Source: Hypanus sabinus | Lineage: Eukaryota | Reading direction: 5' to 3' | DNA: 64,000 bases | Assembly: GCF_030144855.1 (NCBI RefSeq) | Contig: NC_082718.1 | Location: 88,660,001 to 88,724,000, forward strand | Shown: positions 38,984-52,639 of the stretch, in pieces | How positions within the stretch are numbered: the stretch's first letter is position 1 | Layout: each line of letters starts with the position of its first letter | Program-made: the position numbers and the translations under genes | The notes under the pieces: generated by a model | What the model saw: only the letters and a program-made list of their open reading frames with translations | What the model was told of the DNA's origin: nothing | Databases searched by the model: none

Positions 38984-39232
38984 CTGCATTGGAAATGAAC
39001 AATTAGCCAGCAGCCAATTTGGGCAATTTCTTCCCCTTCAATCTTTTTTTTAAAGAGTGATTCTTCCATTCCAAGTTTTTGTCCTGAGTATAACAAAAAA
39101 CCTATATTACACTAGTTATCCTCTAGGGCAGAGGTTCCCATGGAGCCCTTGGTTAATGATAAGGGTCCATGGAATAAAAACGTTGGGAAGCCCTGTCCCA
39201 TTGTATAGTATTATTAACATAATTACATAACC

Positions 39233-39479
39233 CTAATGTAATTTTCTGTGGTGATTCTTTGTATTGTCAGATACAGGTTTGTTACCCATTAAAGCCCCAA
39301 CCTTTTTAAGCCTTGTATAAATACCAATAGCAGATATTTCTGGTGGATTGAGGACATCTGTTGCAGGCTCATTTCGCTGTTTGGTAGGAGGGGAAGATTC
39401 CCTTTGCTCATTCCAGAATCTTTGGTTGGATGCTGGTCTGATATTTACATCTTCACTTCTTGTAGCTTTTGTTGTCCCT
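39233..39479 (-). CDS. CCDC157: CCDC157 terminal coding exon
   Basis: catctttacag|A+GTTKATRSEDVNIRPASNQR...PPEISAIGIYTRLKKVGALMGNKPVSDNTKNHHRKLH*. Phase 2 fits the preceding exon and the frame is open for 82 codons. Confidence 0.72.
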
Positions 39480-39649
39480 CTGTAAAGATGATATTTAAAT
39501 TGTTTACATTTTGTTGTTATGATGTCAGAGAAGTGCCTATCTCTTTTTCAGGTTCTAGCCGCTTCAGTTAGTTTCAATATTGTCCCTGCATTAGACCTGC
39601 TGAAGCTCTCTATGAACTCTAAGTTTTAATGAGGCCTCTGAGGTCTGGA

Positions 39650-41960
39650 GAGAGAACCCTTGTCTACTCTGTCTCTTTATACAGCAAATCCATCATCCCT
39701 GAAACCAATTTAAGAAATCATCTCTGCACATCCTTTTCAACAAGTATATCCCTTATTAGCTAAGTAGATCAAAAATGGTACGTAATTCTCCAAGTGTCAT
39801 CTCACCAATGGTATATATAGTTGCAGTATTACATTTTCACTCCTGTAGTCACATCTTCTTGTAATGCAGCCCAACATACTGGATGCATTCCTAATTGAGT
39901 GTTATAGCTGCATGTTGGCTTTCAGTGACTTGTGTAGAGAACGTCCTTTGAAAAATCACCATTTAAATAATGCCTGCCTTTTCTGTTTTGTACACCAAAA
40001 TGGTTAGTTTTCACATTTTCCAAAACTAGATTGTGCTTGCTATGTTCTCGCCAATCATTCACTTTGTATCATCATTAAGCTTCTTTACATCCTAGTCTGT
40101 TTCTTAGATCCACCTGATTGTGCGGATCATCAACAAATTTGATGTTTCCTGTAGTGGGGGAGTCTAGGACCAGTGGACACAGGGATACAACCTCAGAATA
40201 GGAGGTTATCCCTTTAGAACAGAGATGAGGAATTTCTTCATCCAGAGGATGGTAAATTTGTGGAATTCATTGACGCAGATAGCTGTGGAAATTAATTAGT
40301 CAAGGTGTCAAATGTTACAGGGAGATGCAAGAGCATGGGGTTGTGAGGGGTAATAAATTAACCATGAGGGAACGGCGAAGTAGACTCAATGAGCTGAATA
40401 GCCTAATACTGCTCTGTCTTTTGGTCTTTTTTTTGTAGAGCCTCCTTTGTCAAATTGTTATATTCTGTGAATACCAGGGCACAAGCACCAATTTCTGTGT
40501 TACTATAGTAGTCACAAACTCTCAATATGAGAAAAATATGTTTCTTTGCACTCCTTGCTTTCTGTCCAGTCACCAATAATCTCTGACCAACCTCATAGGA
40601 GACCTTATCAAAAGGCTTCTGAAAGTCCAAATACATCACATACATTGGTTCACCCTTGTTTAATGTACTGTAATATCCTCGAAGAACTGAAATTGAGTCA
40701 TTGTACATGACTTCCCTTTCATAATTCCATACTGGCTCTGTTCAATTCCTCTTTTCAAGGTTTTCTGTTTCTATAGCCTTCATTATAGAATCCAACACCT
40801 TCCCTATCACAAGTGTTAGGTAAACAGGCTAGTATCACCTATTTTCTCACTTATTTCTTAAATAGGATCATATTTAGTAATCCGCAAGAACAATTGGAGA
40901 ATCTACAGAATTTTAGACAGTAGCCAGAGAACAAGATTCTAAGATCATTAGGTCCTTGAGATTCTTCATCTTTTAAACTAAATAATTAGATTATTATAGT
41001 ATCATCACAATTATAGTGTTATAATTATATTAATAATAATCATTAATTATTACATATAATTATATATTGTATATAATATATATTATGTAATTATATATTA
41101 TGTTATTATATAATATATTGATAAATATTATAGATTATAATTAGAGCACTTTTCTATTACTTAAACTCAAATCCTCCAATACCTCAGTTTCACCAGACCT
41201 TTGGTTCTCTGAAAGTTCTAGGGTATGTTTTCCATGAATATAGATACAAAGTAACACACACAAAATATTGGAGGCACTCAGTAGCTCAGGCAGCATCTAT
41301 GGAGTGGAATAAACAGTTGACGTTTCGGGCCAAGACCCTTGTTTAGTTATCTCCCTTTTACAGATACCTCTAGAAGCTCTTTCAACCCATGTTCTCACCA
41401 GTTTACTCTTTCATTCTAACTTAAAGTTCTTAGTGAATTTGTTGGTCCTGATTTGCCGAGTTCCACACATCCAAGGAAGAGTGTCAAACAAAACTAAAAG
41501 TTGACGCCTGCTGGGTTTGTATGTCTTAAAGGAATATATATATATATTCTGAAAAATGCTAGTCACTGCCTGTCTAAGTTATGACTAACTCTTCCCTCAT
41601 ACCTTTATTGTTTCCTTTCTTTAGATTTAATACCCTAGTTTCAGATTGAACTACATCAATGCAAACTTATATTTTAAAAGTTATTATGATCACTCTTCTC
41701 TACTAGTCCCTTTACAAGATCAATAGCTGACTCTTTCTCATTGCATAAAACCAGATCTAAAATAGTCTTTACCACAATATATTAATCTAAAATAAATACT
41801 CATATATATTCCCTGGATTTGTCCTCTAGCTTATTACGAATGAATTTGATTTGTCTTGCTCAAATGTAGATTAAAGTCCTCATGTTACTTCTGTTACATG
41901 TTCCTCTAATTTTCCTGGTTTCCACTCAGCCCAAAGTTACAACTAGTTAACTCCTCCTAA
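39650..41960 (-). mobile_element. Old CR1 LINE remnant with nested inserts
   Basis: Minus-strand motifs such as VMYLDFQKPFDKVS. Nested + strand CR1 3' end at about 40145-40420, an AT-rich tract and a Penelope fragment. Confidence 0.7.
40980..41145. repeat. AT-rich low-complexity tract
   Basis: Degenerate (TA)n/(TAA)n. Confidence 0.85.
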
Positions 41961-42194
41961 TCTTTTCCCACTTTGCTGTTTTGTAGCATGACATATTCTC
42001 GCCACCGGACTGGTTGTTTGAGGTTTTGACTTCTCACAACCTCTTAACACTTGAATATATTCATATTTAATTAGTATAAAATAGTAATGCTAGTATTTTG
42101 CAATTGTTAAATTGTAATAAAGAATTTAACGGATTCATGCTTTCCTCCCTCACCCACACCAACCACCCTGGAAAGTGGAATGTGGTTCTCTTAC

Positions 42195-42289
42195 ATTGTG
42201 TTATGCCTGTTCCTCTCTTCACTCCCATCTGGTTTTAGTCCATCTTCTGATAGCCCTGTGGATGACCAAAGTTTTGTCTGTGGAATGAC
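42195..42289 (-). CDS. CCDC157: CCDC157 penultimate exon
   Basis: gtttaag|VIPQTKLWSSTGLSEDGLKPDGSEERNRHNT+AT|gtaaga; compare human LIPQDRLWS. Confidence 0.85.
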
Positions 42290-42571
42290 CTTAAACCATG
42301 AGAGGAGAAAAAGTTCATATTAAAATGAACAATTTTTTGTATTATGTATATTGTATTATTACAGTATATGATGTAAAATTATTACAAATATCATGCTAAG
42401 AAATGTTTTTATTTTGCTAGAAATAAGTTTCCAGTAAGAATACAGCACCATCTCATCAAACAAGGAGATTCTCTGCAGTTTTATTTTGATGATTGCATAT
42501 TAAAAAGTTTTTAAAACGGTACTATATAAAGTACTGGAGATTTTGACTGATTTAGAACTGTTGGATTTCAC

Positions 42572-42711
42572 CTTCAAAACTCCTTGTTGTGCAGTTTTTT
42601 GCAGCATTGTGAGTGTGTTTCTCAATCGAGAGTTCTCTTCTTCCAGGATATTAATACGTAAGCTGTTTGCTTGCAACTGCTTCTCCATGTCCAGTGCGAT
42701 ATCACCTGTAC
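42572..42711 (-). CDS. CCDC157: CCDC157 exon
   Basis: ctgttag|GT+TGDIALDMEKQLQANSLRINILEEENSRLRNTLTMLQKTAQQGVLK|gtgaaa; phase 1-0. Confidence 0.93.
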
Positions 42712-42926
42712 CTAACAGGAATAAAATTACAATGGCTAAACTGCATTTATATTCTAAACTTAAACCACATCATTTTTCCCTCTTTGCAATATTTACAGCT
42801 CCATTCTCATGACACCTTTGGCCCAATTAGTGGAGTTGAGTTACGCAGGTCAATCATCCTCCAGTACCTCGCCCCACTGCCTGTTTCAATATGTGAGCTT
42901 TCTCACTGAGTATAAGTGGGACATGC

Positions 42927-43778
42927 TGTTACGAATGAGGAGCTACTCTGATGGGCAGAAGGGTGCAAAGTCGCCCCCCCCCTTTTGAGAATTGCAAAAT
43001 CGCTATTATTTCGGGTCTGATACCAAGGAAATGAGAGAGATAAACAGCTCATGTCAGTAATGAGAGAGAGACAATGCAGGGATACACAAAAGTGGAACAG
43101 AACCACTGATTACTGCTATTGTCTCTTTCTGGTTGATGGGTTGCATCATGCCAACCCGATTGACACCTGAGACCCCATGAGTGGGGATAAATGTAGGGTC
43201 TGAGGAATAGCCCTCAGACGCACCAGGAGAGACGCTGCGAGACCGGTGGGGGCTTGTGTGTGTGTCCATCCTTGCCTGGGTGACGCGTCCTCCACGGAAC
43301 GGTCTAGCTAAAGGATGGAGGGGTCATACGTGAATGGCCACAACAACAACGCATCGATGGATCAAGATCGTAAAAGGAAAGTTGGCAAGTCTCTCTCTCT
43401 CTCTCTCTCCCTCTCTCCCTCTCTCCCTCTCTCCCTCTCTCCCTCTCTCCCTCTCTCCCTCTCTCCCTCTCCTCCCCCCCCCCAACAATTGCAACACCGC
43501 AACCCACAACTACTGCAGCCTGCATGAACTCAACTGAACTTTATATTTCCATCGGCCAATTCATTATCCCCTAGACAACGATAGAGCTTATTTCTTATTG
43601 ATTATTATTATACCCGCACTTTTAGGTTTAGTATTGATGACGTATATTATCTGTATATTTACATTGATATTATTTTTGTGTATTTTTACTAATAAATACT
43701 GTTAAAAATAGTATCACCAGACTCCAACGGATACTCCTATCTTTGCTGGTAAGACACCTAGTTACAGGGTTCGTAACA
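42927..43778 (+). mobile_element. Solo LTR, 852 bp, copy A
   Basis: TGTTACGAA...TTCGTAACA inverted termini, 4-bp TSD ATGC, internal (CTCTCTCC)n tract and AATAAA at 43691. Confidence 0.9.
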
Positions 43779-44726
43779 ATGCAAATATTCAGAATATAAG
43801 GATTGAAAATCAGTCACCCTTTCACACCTCTTCATTGACTTAATTAGCATTGCTGATGTGCCAATAAAAAAAATTCTAAAAATTTAAAAATTAAGAAGCT
43901 CAGGACAAGATCTTTTAATGTGATGAACTGTTACACCTAGAAAAACTGCTCAAAATATATTTGACAGATGGCTAATCCATGCCACCTTGCATGGCCAAAT
44001 GTGAAAATTCTCCAAAACACCACTTATAAATGTATGACATTTGAAAACAGCCTTTAAAAATAAAAATACGTAAACATTATTATAACATCACAGAGTTGTA
44101 CAGCACAGGAACAGGATTTTTGCCCCACCTTGTACAGGTACATGTTGACCATTGTACTTAAACTAGTCCTATTGACACATTTTGGTTTTATAACCTTCCA
44201 TGCCTTGGTAATTCATATGCTTGTATATAATTAATATATAATATAATTCATATTCAGATGCATTTTAAATACGTGAGAGTACATGGATCCATTACCTTAG
44301 GCAGCCTATTCCAGGTCTGAATCTTCTTTTGTGTGTGTGTGTGGGGGGGGGGGGGGGGGGATGTTGAGGGAACTCCTTCAGTTACCCTCTAAATCTCCTA
44401 CCTCTCACCTTATACCTATGATGTCTTGTTTAAGGAATTTCCACCAAGCAAAAACACCCCTATATTTAAGCAAAAACACTGTTATATTTTCTTTACCTCT
44501 GTTAGAAAATGTCTCAGCTTCCTCCACTTCCTGATTAATAAACCCAGTCCATCCAGTCTCTCTGAGTGAAGCAACATCCTGCAGAATCTCCTCTGAAACC
44601 TCTCCAGTGTAAGCTAAGGTGTGGTGACATTCCAGTGTGGCCTAACCAATAGTTGTGAAGTTGTAACATGATGTTCTTGTTGCGATATTCAATGCACAGC
44701 TGATGAAGGCAGGATCACTTGGGGAG

Positions 44727-45160
44727 CATGCCTTATGAGAATAGGTTGAGTGAACTCGGCCTTTTCTCCTTGGAGTGACGGAGGACGAGGTGACCTGATA
44801 GAGGTGTATAGGATGATGAGAGGAATTAATTTTGTGAATAGTGAGAGGCTTTTTCCCGGGGCTGAAATAGCTAGCATGAGAGAGCACAGTTTTAAGGTGC
44901 TTGGAAGTAGGTACAAACAAGATGTCGGGGTAAATTTTTTACCCAGAGAGTGGTGAATGCATGGAAGGGCTGCTGGCAATAGTGGTGGAGGCGGATATGA
45001 TAGAGTCTTTTAAGAGACTCCTGGACGGGTGGACAGGTACATGGAGCTTAATATAGAGGGCTATGGGTAACCCTAGGTAATTTCTAAGGTAAGGACATGT
45101 TCAGCACAGCTTTGTGGGCCAAAGGGCCTGTATTGTGCTGTAGGTTTTCTGTGTTTCTGT
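44727..45160 (+). mobile_element. CR1 3' fragment nested in an older minus-strand CR1 (about 44090-45250)
   Basis: RGDLIEVYRMMRGINFV motif and CR1 3' tail gggcctgtattgtgctgtagg. Confidence 0.85.
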
Positions 45161-46192
45161 CACACATGCCCATTCTCACTAGCTATACTTCCACATTCAG
45201 GGACCTATGGACCTGTACCCCAAGGTTCTTCTGTTCACCAGTTCTCTCTTAGACTCCATTATGTCTTATCCATATTTGACCTTCTAAAATACATCCATTT
45301 GCAATAACTATTAAACAAAATAAGTACATAAGAACAAAAGTGATTAAAAGATTTTTATCAACTGTTAATGCAAAGGAAATTAATATTCTATTACTGTTTA
45401 ACACTATGTTAACAAGTAAAATAGTCTTTTTAATTGCTTGATGGACCTTATTTTTCTGTATAGTAATGTGAACACCTTTCAGTTTCCCATTCACTTATCA
45501 AAGGGCAGCCCACTGTTGCTCCTCATCCACATAATCAAATTTACCATATACTTTGAACCTCCATGATTTAAACATCTTAAATTTAACATATTGGTGGGAA
45601 TATATTTTCTCTCACATTAACCATAATAGTTGGACTGCAATCATATCAAGCACATATTAAAAGTTCATTCATAAAATATAGATCTCCAAGTATCATTCAT
45701 TGTTGGGAAGGGAAATGGGCATTCAGCAACTTTATCAAAAAAGGTCTAAAACTTCCTCCCAACTATCATGGAGAACTGGATTTATCCAAGAGCAAAAAAA
45801 AAATGCCGGACAAACTCAACAGTTTGGGCAGCAACTGTGAAGGCAGAAGGATAGTCAAATGGAGACACAAGAACACAAACTGTTTGCGGAGCTCGGTGGG
45901 AAATGGCTTTATCCAATATGTCCAAGTCAAGAAGGTGTGTGACTTGAGGGTGATAGTGTTCCTACATACCTGATGGCATTGTCCTTGGAGGTTATAGATT
46001 CGGCTGTTAATATGTGCATTGTTTATGATGTCCTAATCTGCATAACATCTATCAGTATTTCTCAATTTGGCAAAAGGTTTCATTGATCAATCAAAGTAAC
46101 AAATAATTCATGTTTCATTTTGAATATATTATTCTTCAATGTTCAGATGTTTATCTTGCACTGCTATTTGCATATTTAAAATAATCTCTTAC

Positions 46193-46361
46193 TCTCACAC
46201 TGTGCTTCATCTGGCATGTTCAAGTCTGGAAAGGTTACTAGAAGCCTTTGCTGCTCTCTATATTGTTGAACCTGATTTTCCAGCTGGGTCACGTTATGTT
46301 TTAACTCCAACATGGTTTTCTCCAGACCATGCTTTTCTTCCTGTAGGTGCTCTGTGTGCTG
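46193..46361 (-). CDS. CCDC157: CCDC157 exon
   Basis: tcacag|QHTEHLQEEKHGLEKTMLELKHNVTQLENQVQQYREQQRLLVTFPDLNMPDEAQCE+A|gtaaga; compare human RLLVAFPDL. Confidence 0.93.
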
Positions 46362-47559
46362 CTGTGATAAGAAAGGGAAGGAAAAGCAATTAATCTGCAG
46401 ACTGCACACTTGTCATTTCAAGATCTTGATTTTCACTACATGATAGTGTCTGGTGGATGAAATAATCCTAGGAAAGGCATTAGTACATACTGTTTAAATG
46501 TTCCGTATTTAGTCCATCTGACATGAAGATTACAAGTAATTCCACAAAAGGGTTGTGTTCATTTATAGTTAGGCTAGAATTGAGGCTCAAGTGAGGCTCT
46601 TGCCTTCCCCACATTCGATGATGGATACAAATTGATTATGAGTGAATATTGACTCAAAGGCTGCAGTTCATCTTAACTTTTAGGCCACCAGGTGAGGATA
46701 TTTTCTAGCAGATCAAATTGCTACAGTAACACTGTACCAAATAGAGAGGCATGATAAAATGGAGAATTCAAAGGATCCAAAGTACATTTATTATCAAAGA
46801 ATGTATAAATTATACAACCTTGAGATTCATCTGCTTATAGGAAGCCACAAAGCAAGAAACACCAAAAGAGCCCAATTAAAGAAAAGAGCAATACCCAATG
46901 TGTAGAGAAAGAGGAAAAAAACACAATCGTGCAAACAATAAAAGCAAGCAACAGCATTCTGAACCAAATTGGTTCCAGAGACCCAGAGCAGCTGGAATAG
47001 GCTCGCAGCCTTGACCTCAGTTCATCATTCTGTGGCAAATTGTTGCAAAACTCAAAAGTACGAAGCACATAGCAGCTAGAACAGTCTCACAGCCTCAGTA
47101 CTGCAAAGAGAGGAGTGAACATCAGAGAAGAGCGAGTGGAATTGGCCCAACCTTCACCTCTGGTCCCAACATTGTCTTTTCTGCCTGTCTGGGCTGGCGT
47201 TTAAATCATTCAAACACTGGATCATGCCCCACACTAGGACCAGGGCCCTACCACAGTGATACACATTGAGAGAGATTCCAAGCATCCTGACCCATTCCCA
47301 TTAACTCTGCCCACCAACTGCCCTCCACCCCCCCATATGCATTTTAAGTAATTTACAATACAATGATAAATTAGCCGAGCAAGCTGCACATTTTTGGGAG
47401 GTGACAGGAAACTAGAGTATCCAGAGAAAACCCACATGTTGTAGGAAAACGGCAAACTCCATGAACCAATGGTCACTCTTGAACCAGGTCACTGGAACTG
47501 TGAGGCAGAGGTCGCTCTGCCACTGAGCTGGCCAAGTGCACCACTGTGTTGGCAATGCA

Positions 47560-48480
47560 CATTTACTGCCTTTTAAACCACTGGTGATTAGGGAAACAAT
47601 GAAGATCCTCCATATTTGTCTGCTTTTGGCCACCTTCTCTACTGTGCCTCAGGTGTGGTTCAGGATTCTCATTTCTGTCTCTTTGGTATGGCACCAAGTT
47701 GTCTTTAGTCTCCCACACTTCCTCCTCCCTTCAGGGGTCATATGAAGAGCTGGCTTGATGACAGAGTTGGCCTCTCTTCTCATCATGTGCCCAATCCCTC
47801 TCCAACATTTCCTCATGTTGATTGTGGCCATGTATTCTTGATGACACTGAAAGATTAGGGCGTAGTTAGAGATCTTTCTTGGCCAGAAAATATGGAGGAT
47901 CTTCCAGGGGCTCATGATGTAGAATGACAACAACTTGGCAAGGTTGCTCTCTGTCATTCTGACCCATACAAGAGTGGGGATAGAAAACAGCTCTGGTACA
48001 GCTTCAGCTTGGTGTAGATGCCGTACTTGGTTAATCCCCAATTGATCTGAAGACATTTCTGTCTCTGATGAGTCTGCACCGGATGTTGTCCTTGAACCCA
48101 CCATCCTGCTAAATGATGCTGTCCAGGGAAGTGAATTTGCCAGTGCAGGGTAAGTCGATGTTTTGTGCCTTGACAGGAGGAGGAGACTTTGCATTCAGGG
48201 TCATGGTCTCAGTCTTTCTCTGGCTGACTCTGAGTCCAGCCTGTCCACCAAAGGTGCACAGGTGCTGAGTTTTCTCTGGCATGGTGTGCATGATAATAAT
48301 GCAAGGTCGTCTCCAAAGGCAAGGTCTTCCAGAGAATAGAATCCACCTAATGCCTCTCTGCTTATCTTTCATTGTTTGCCTAACCCAGTCAGCTCCCAGG
48401 TTAAATAATATCACTGACATCACACAGCCTTGCCCGACTCCTAAATTGACTTCAAAACTGAAATTGCAATTGTGCAGGTA
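47560..48480 (-). mobile_element. RTE-clade LINE, RT to 3' end
   Basis: GVGQGCVMSVILFNLGADWV, RGIRW, IGHMMRR and PEGRRKCGRLKTTW motifs. Confidence 0.85.
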
Positions 48481-48990
48481 AAATTAGCATAGAAACTTGT
48501 TGCCAATGTCCTTGGATAAATTTTTCTAGATATGTTTGCATTTGCCAGTGAAGAAAGAACAAAATACTCCACTACTCCTGAATGTTCGGAGTTGCCATTT
48601 AACATAATATAGAGTTATATTGATAGCAAAATGCAGGGAGCTGCAGGGTGTTGTATCATAAAATACTACAAGTGGTACATGGGATTAACTTCATTTACTC
48701 TGAAACTGTAATTTGCAGGGAAACATAAGGAGAGGAAGAAAATATCAGAGCATTAGTAGCCCCACCTGTGACACATTGTTCTTTCCTGTTGTCTGGTATT
48801 GTGCTAGATGAAGAACATCCTGCATAGTCAGAGGTAGATTTTAGAAGCCTAAAGGGAAAATAACCAAGATAATCGAGAGAGGGTTGGAGTTGGAAAGGTA
48901 CCCAATCCAAGTAAAGAAATTAGTTTAAGAGTTTGCAACAGGAAGTAAATTCAACATTATTAAAGATAACCTCAAAGTCTGTGCACCTAC

Positions 48991-49167
48991 CAGTTGTTCT
49001 TGGAGCTGGTGCTGTAGTTTGCTTCTCTCTTCATTGACTCTCTTTAACTGCTCCTCCAATTGATCAATTCCAGCTTCAGACTCGGCTAATTTTGTGTTCA
49101 GCCCTACACGTTCTTCATCTAATACATCAACTTGCTGTAGCAGAGCTTTAATCTTACCTTTCAGAGA
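48991..49167 (-). CDS. CCDC157: CCDC157 exon
   Basis: ttcatag|SLKGKIKALLQQVDVLDEERVGLNTKLAESEAGIDQLEEQLKRVNEERSKLQHQLQEQL|gtaggt; 177 nt. Confidence 0.92.
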
Positions 49168-50526
49168 CTATGAAATAAAATAAAACAAGCCATAAATACT
49201 TTCCTCTGCATCCTTAATGTCCTTTTATAAAATTTGTAACAGTTTTTTGTATTTAACAATACCTTTTCAATGTGAATACATTCAAACTGTAATCATAAGA
49301 AGAGTGTATTTTCTTAGGCCAAACCTTTCCAAGATAAAGCCCTTTTTCAGATGTTTAACCCCTTTCCTTTCCCACCAAAACAAATTCCTAGCCTACTTCA
49401 TGCACTGTGTAGTTGAAAAAGGTAGAGAGGTTGGAGAAATGGAGAGAATCAAGACTAAATCAAGATTTTGTAAGACTTTTAATAGAAAACTGACATGAAC
49501 TCTGTGTGAGAAAACAGATGGAAGGAGAAAGGTAGATAAAGGTTATCTACATATAGGACCATAAAGTCCATTAATTAAATTCACAATTCACCTTCACAGC
49601 GGTGGTGTTTGGTGATGACTATGCTTTTGAAGTATTTTTCCTCTAAGGCATTTCTTTGGGATCAGAAATAGCATGTTTCCCTGCTGGGAGAGAAGAGTTC
49701 TATTTTTTTAAGATGGAGTTTGTTACAGCAGTGGGTGCATGTGTTAGCAATCTGAGGTATCTAGGTGGAAATCACAACTGGAGCTCAAGGTGGCAGATGG
49801 AATGGGAAGAGTAGGAAGTTTGTGAGGTGGAACATTCCTTCCATTGCTTATTCAAGGCTTCAGTGAGCTTCCAGTGCCTTAAGGTTCTTAGTACCATCCA
49901 AAATGGACTTCCTCTGTATTGTGCTATCATTGGACAGAGGTTCCCAGATGTCACTGGGGATGTTGCATTTCTTCAAGAATCCTTCCTTTAATCTTTTACT
50001 TTGTCTGCCTACTTATCTTCTGCCAATGATGAGTTAGAAATAGTGCATCTGTTTAAGGAATCCGGTGTTTGGCTTATGAACGATGGGACTGAGAGTAACC
50101 ATACCTCAATGCTTTTGATGGGAGAGAATTCTCACATGCTTTATTTAACTTTTAAGTGAATTTGGAAGATTTTGGAGTGGTAGTATTGGTGGTATTTTTC
50201 CAACACCTTGATAAACTGCTGTAGGCCATATACATCTCAGAAGAACATAGGAGAAGGGGATCACTGATATCCAATCAGTGGTCCATGAAATATGTGCCAG
50301 GTTTTCATAAAATCAGTTTCTCAATCAACCAAAGGTTGTGCTGATGCTTTGAGGACAATGATGAATTCCATCATTAATGTCTGCTTGGGAGCTGGTTCTC
50401 AACATATGGGTCCACATTTTCCAGGGTCTTACTGTGAATTTTTATAGAATCAGGGCATTGTAGTGATAGATTGGTAGAGGATCTTTGTCATGTGAATGCT
50501 GAATGTAAAGGCCCATCCTCGCAAAT

Positions 50527-52639
50527 GCTTCTGTATAGACTTCCTGACTGGGAGACCTCAGTCAGTCCAGATCGGGAGCAGCATCTCCAACACCATCACA
50601 CTGAGCATGGGGACCCCCCCCAGGGCTGTGTGCTCAGTCCTCTGCTGTTCACTCTGCTGACCCATAACTGTGCTGTGTTACGAAGGATGAACAACTCTGA
50701 TTGGCAGAAGGGTTCAGAGTGACCCATGCCCCCTCCCCTTCTGGAAAATTGCAAATCTCTATTATTTCAATGCTGCTAACAAGGAAGTAAGAGAGACAAA
50801 AGGAAATCTGCCAGGGCAGTTGTTATTGATAACAGCTCATGAAAGTTAATGAGAGAGACACAGCTAACAAAAGGAAAGCGGAACCATTGATTACTGCTAT
50901 TGTCTTTTGGAGAAGGATTGTGTACTTGGTACTGTTCTATTCATTGAAACCCCTCGGGGGTAACCAGAGTGGGCTGGTTTGATGGGTTACATCATCCCAA
51001 CCTGATTGACACCTGAGACCCCGTGAGTGGGGATAAAAGTGAGGTCTGGGGTAACACCCCTCAGATGCACCAGGAGAAACGCTAGTGAGCATCAGAACTC
51101 CCACAAGACAGGGTGGGAGACCGGAGACCGAACGAAGGTTCGGTAAATTTTAACTCACAGTGCTTTGTAGCGAGACCGGTGGGGGCTTGTGTGTGTGTCC
51201 ACCCTTGCCTGGGTGACAAGTTCACCACAGAAGAACGGTCTAGCTAAAGGACGAAGGGGTCATATGTGAATGGCCACAACAACAACGCATCGACGGATCA
51301 AAATTGTAAAGGAAGGTTGGCAAGATAATAGCTGTTATTGTTCACACGTTTTCTCTCCCTCTCTCTCTCTCTCTCCAACAATTGCAACACATCGACAAAC
51401 AACTACCGCAGCCTGCATGAACTGAACTGAACTTTATATTTCCATCTGACAATTCATTATCCCCTAAACAACGATAGAGCTTGTTTCATTAGTGATTATT
51501 ATTATATCCACACTTTTAGGTTTAGTATGGCTAACGTATATTCTCTGTATATTCGCATTGATATTATTTTGTATATTTTTGCTAATAAATATTGTTGAAA
51601 ATAGTATCACCAGACTCCAATGGACACTTCTATCTTTGCTGGTAAGACACCCAGTTATGGGGTACGTAACAGCTGCAACACACAGCTCAAACCACATCAT
51701 CAAGTTCGCCAATGACACGACCGTGGTGGGTCTCATCAGCAGGAATGAGTCAGCTTACAGAGAGGAGGTGCAGTGGCTAACGGACTGGTGCAGGGCCAAC
51801 AACCTGTCTCTGAATGTGAACAAAACAAAATAGATGGTTGTTGACTTCAGGAGGGCACAGAGCGACCACACCCCACTGAACATCGACGACTCCTCGGTAG
51901 AGATCGTTAAGAGCACCAAATTTCTTGGTGTTCACCTGGCGGAGAATCTCACCTGGTCCCTCAACACCAGCTCCATAGCAAAGAGATCCCAGCAGCGTCT
52001 CTACTTTCTGCAAAGGCTGAGGAAAGTCCATCTCCCACCCCCCCCCCCCCCAACCTCATCACATTCTACAGGGGTTGCATTGAGAGCATCCTGAGCAGCT
52101 GCATCACTGCCTGGTTCGGAAATTGCACCATCTCGGATCGCAAGACCCTGCAGCAGATAGTGAGATCAGCTGAGATAATCATCGGGGTCTCTCTTCCCGC
52201 CATTATGGACATTTACACTACACACTGCATCCTCAAGGCAAACAGCATTATGAAGGACCCCACCCCCTGCACCCCTCATACAAACTATTCTCCCTCCTGC
52301 CGTCTGGGAAAAGGCAACGAAGCATTCGGGCTCTCACAACCAGACTGTGTAACAGTTTCTTCCCCCAAGCCATCAGACTCCTCAATCCCCAGAGCCTGGA
52401 CTGACACCTTACTGCCCTATTGTCTTGTTTATTATTTATTGTAATGCCTGCACTGTTTTGTGCGCTTTATGCAGTCCTGGGTAGATCTGTAGTCTAGTGT
52501 AGTTTTTTTTCTATGTTGTTTTTTTACGTAGTTCAGTCTAGTTTTTGTACTGTGTCATGTAACACCATGGTCCTGAAAAACATTGTCTCATTTTTTACTA
52601 TGTACTGTACCAGCAGTTATAGTCAAAATGACAATAAAA
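50527..52639 (+). mobile_element. Rex1/Babar-type LINE, 5'-truncated and interrupted by an LTR
   Basis: [19 protein letters not shown] [LTR] ATHSSNHIIKFANDTTVVGLI...WCRANNLSLNVNKTK, with a tail aataaaaagtgacttgacttgacttga. Confidence 0.92.
50676..51671 (+). mobile_element. Solo LTR, 996 bp, copy B
   Basis: TGTTACG...CGTAACA termini and 4-bp TSD GCTG; colinear with 42927-43778. Confidence 0.92.

Noticed and set aside
39626-39644. Alternative CCDC157 acceptor (ctctctccag) giving IPQRPH*
   Set aside because: It stops after six codons at the edge of a CR1 remnant. The exon at 39479 is open for 82 codons and resembles the CCDC157 C-terminus. I cannot exclude it as a minor isoform.
43304-43537. 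ORFs with ERERG and SLSLP repeats
   Set aside because: These are translations of a CT-rich microsatellite inside the LTR.
42927-51671. Full-length LTR retrotransposon or provirus between the two LTRs
   Set aside because: Each LTR has its own distinct TSD, and the interval contains host exons and LINE fragments with no gag, pol or PBS.
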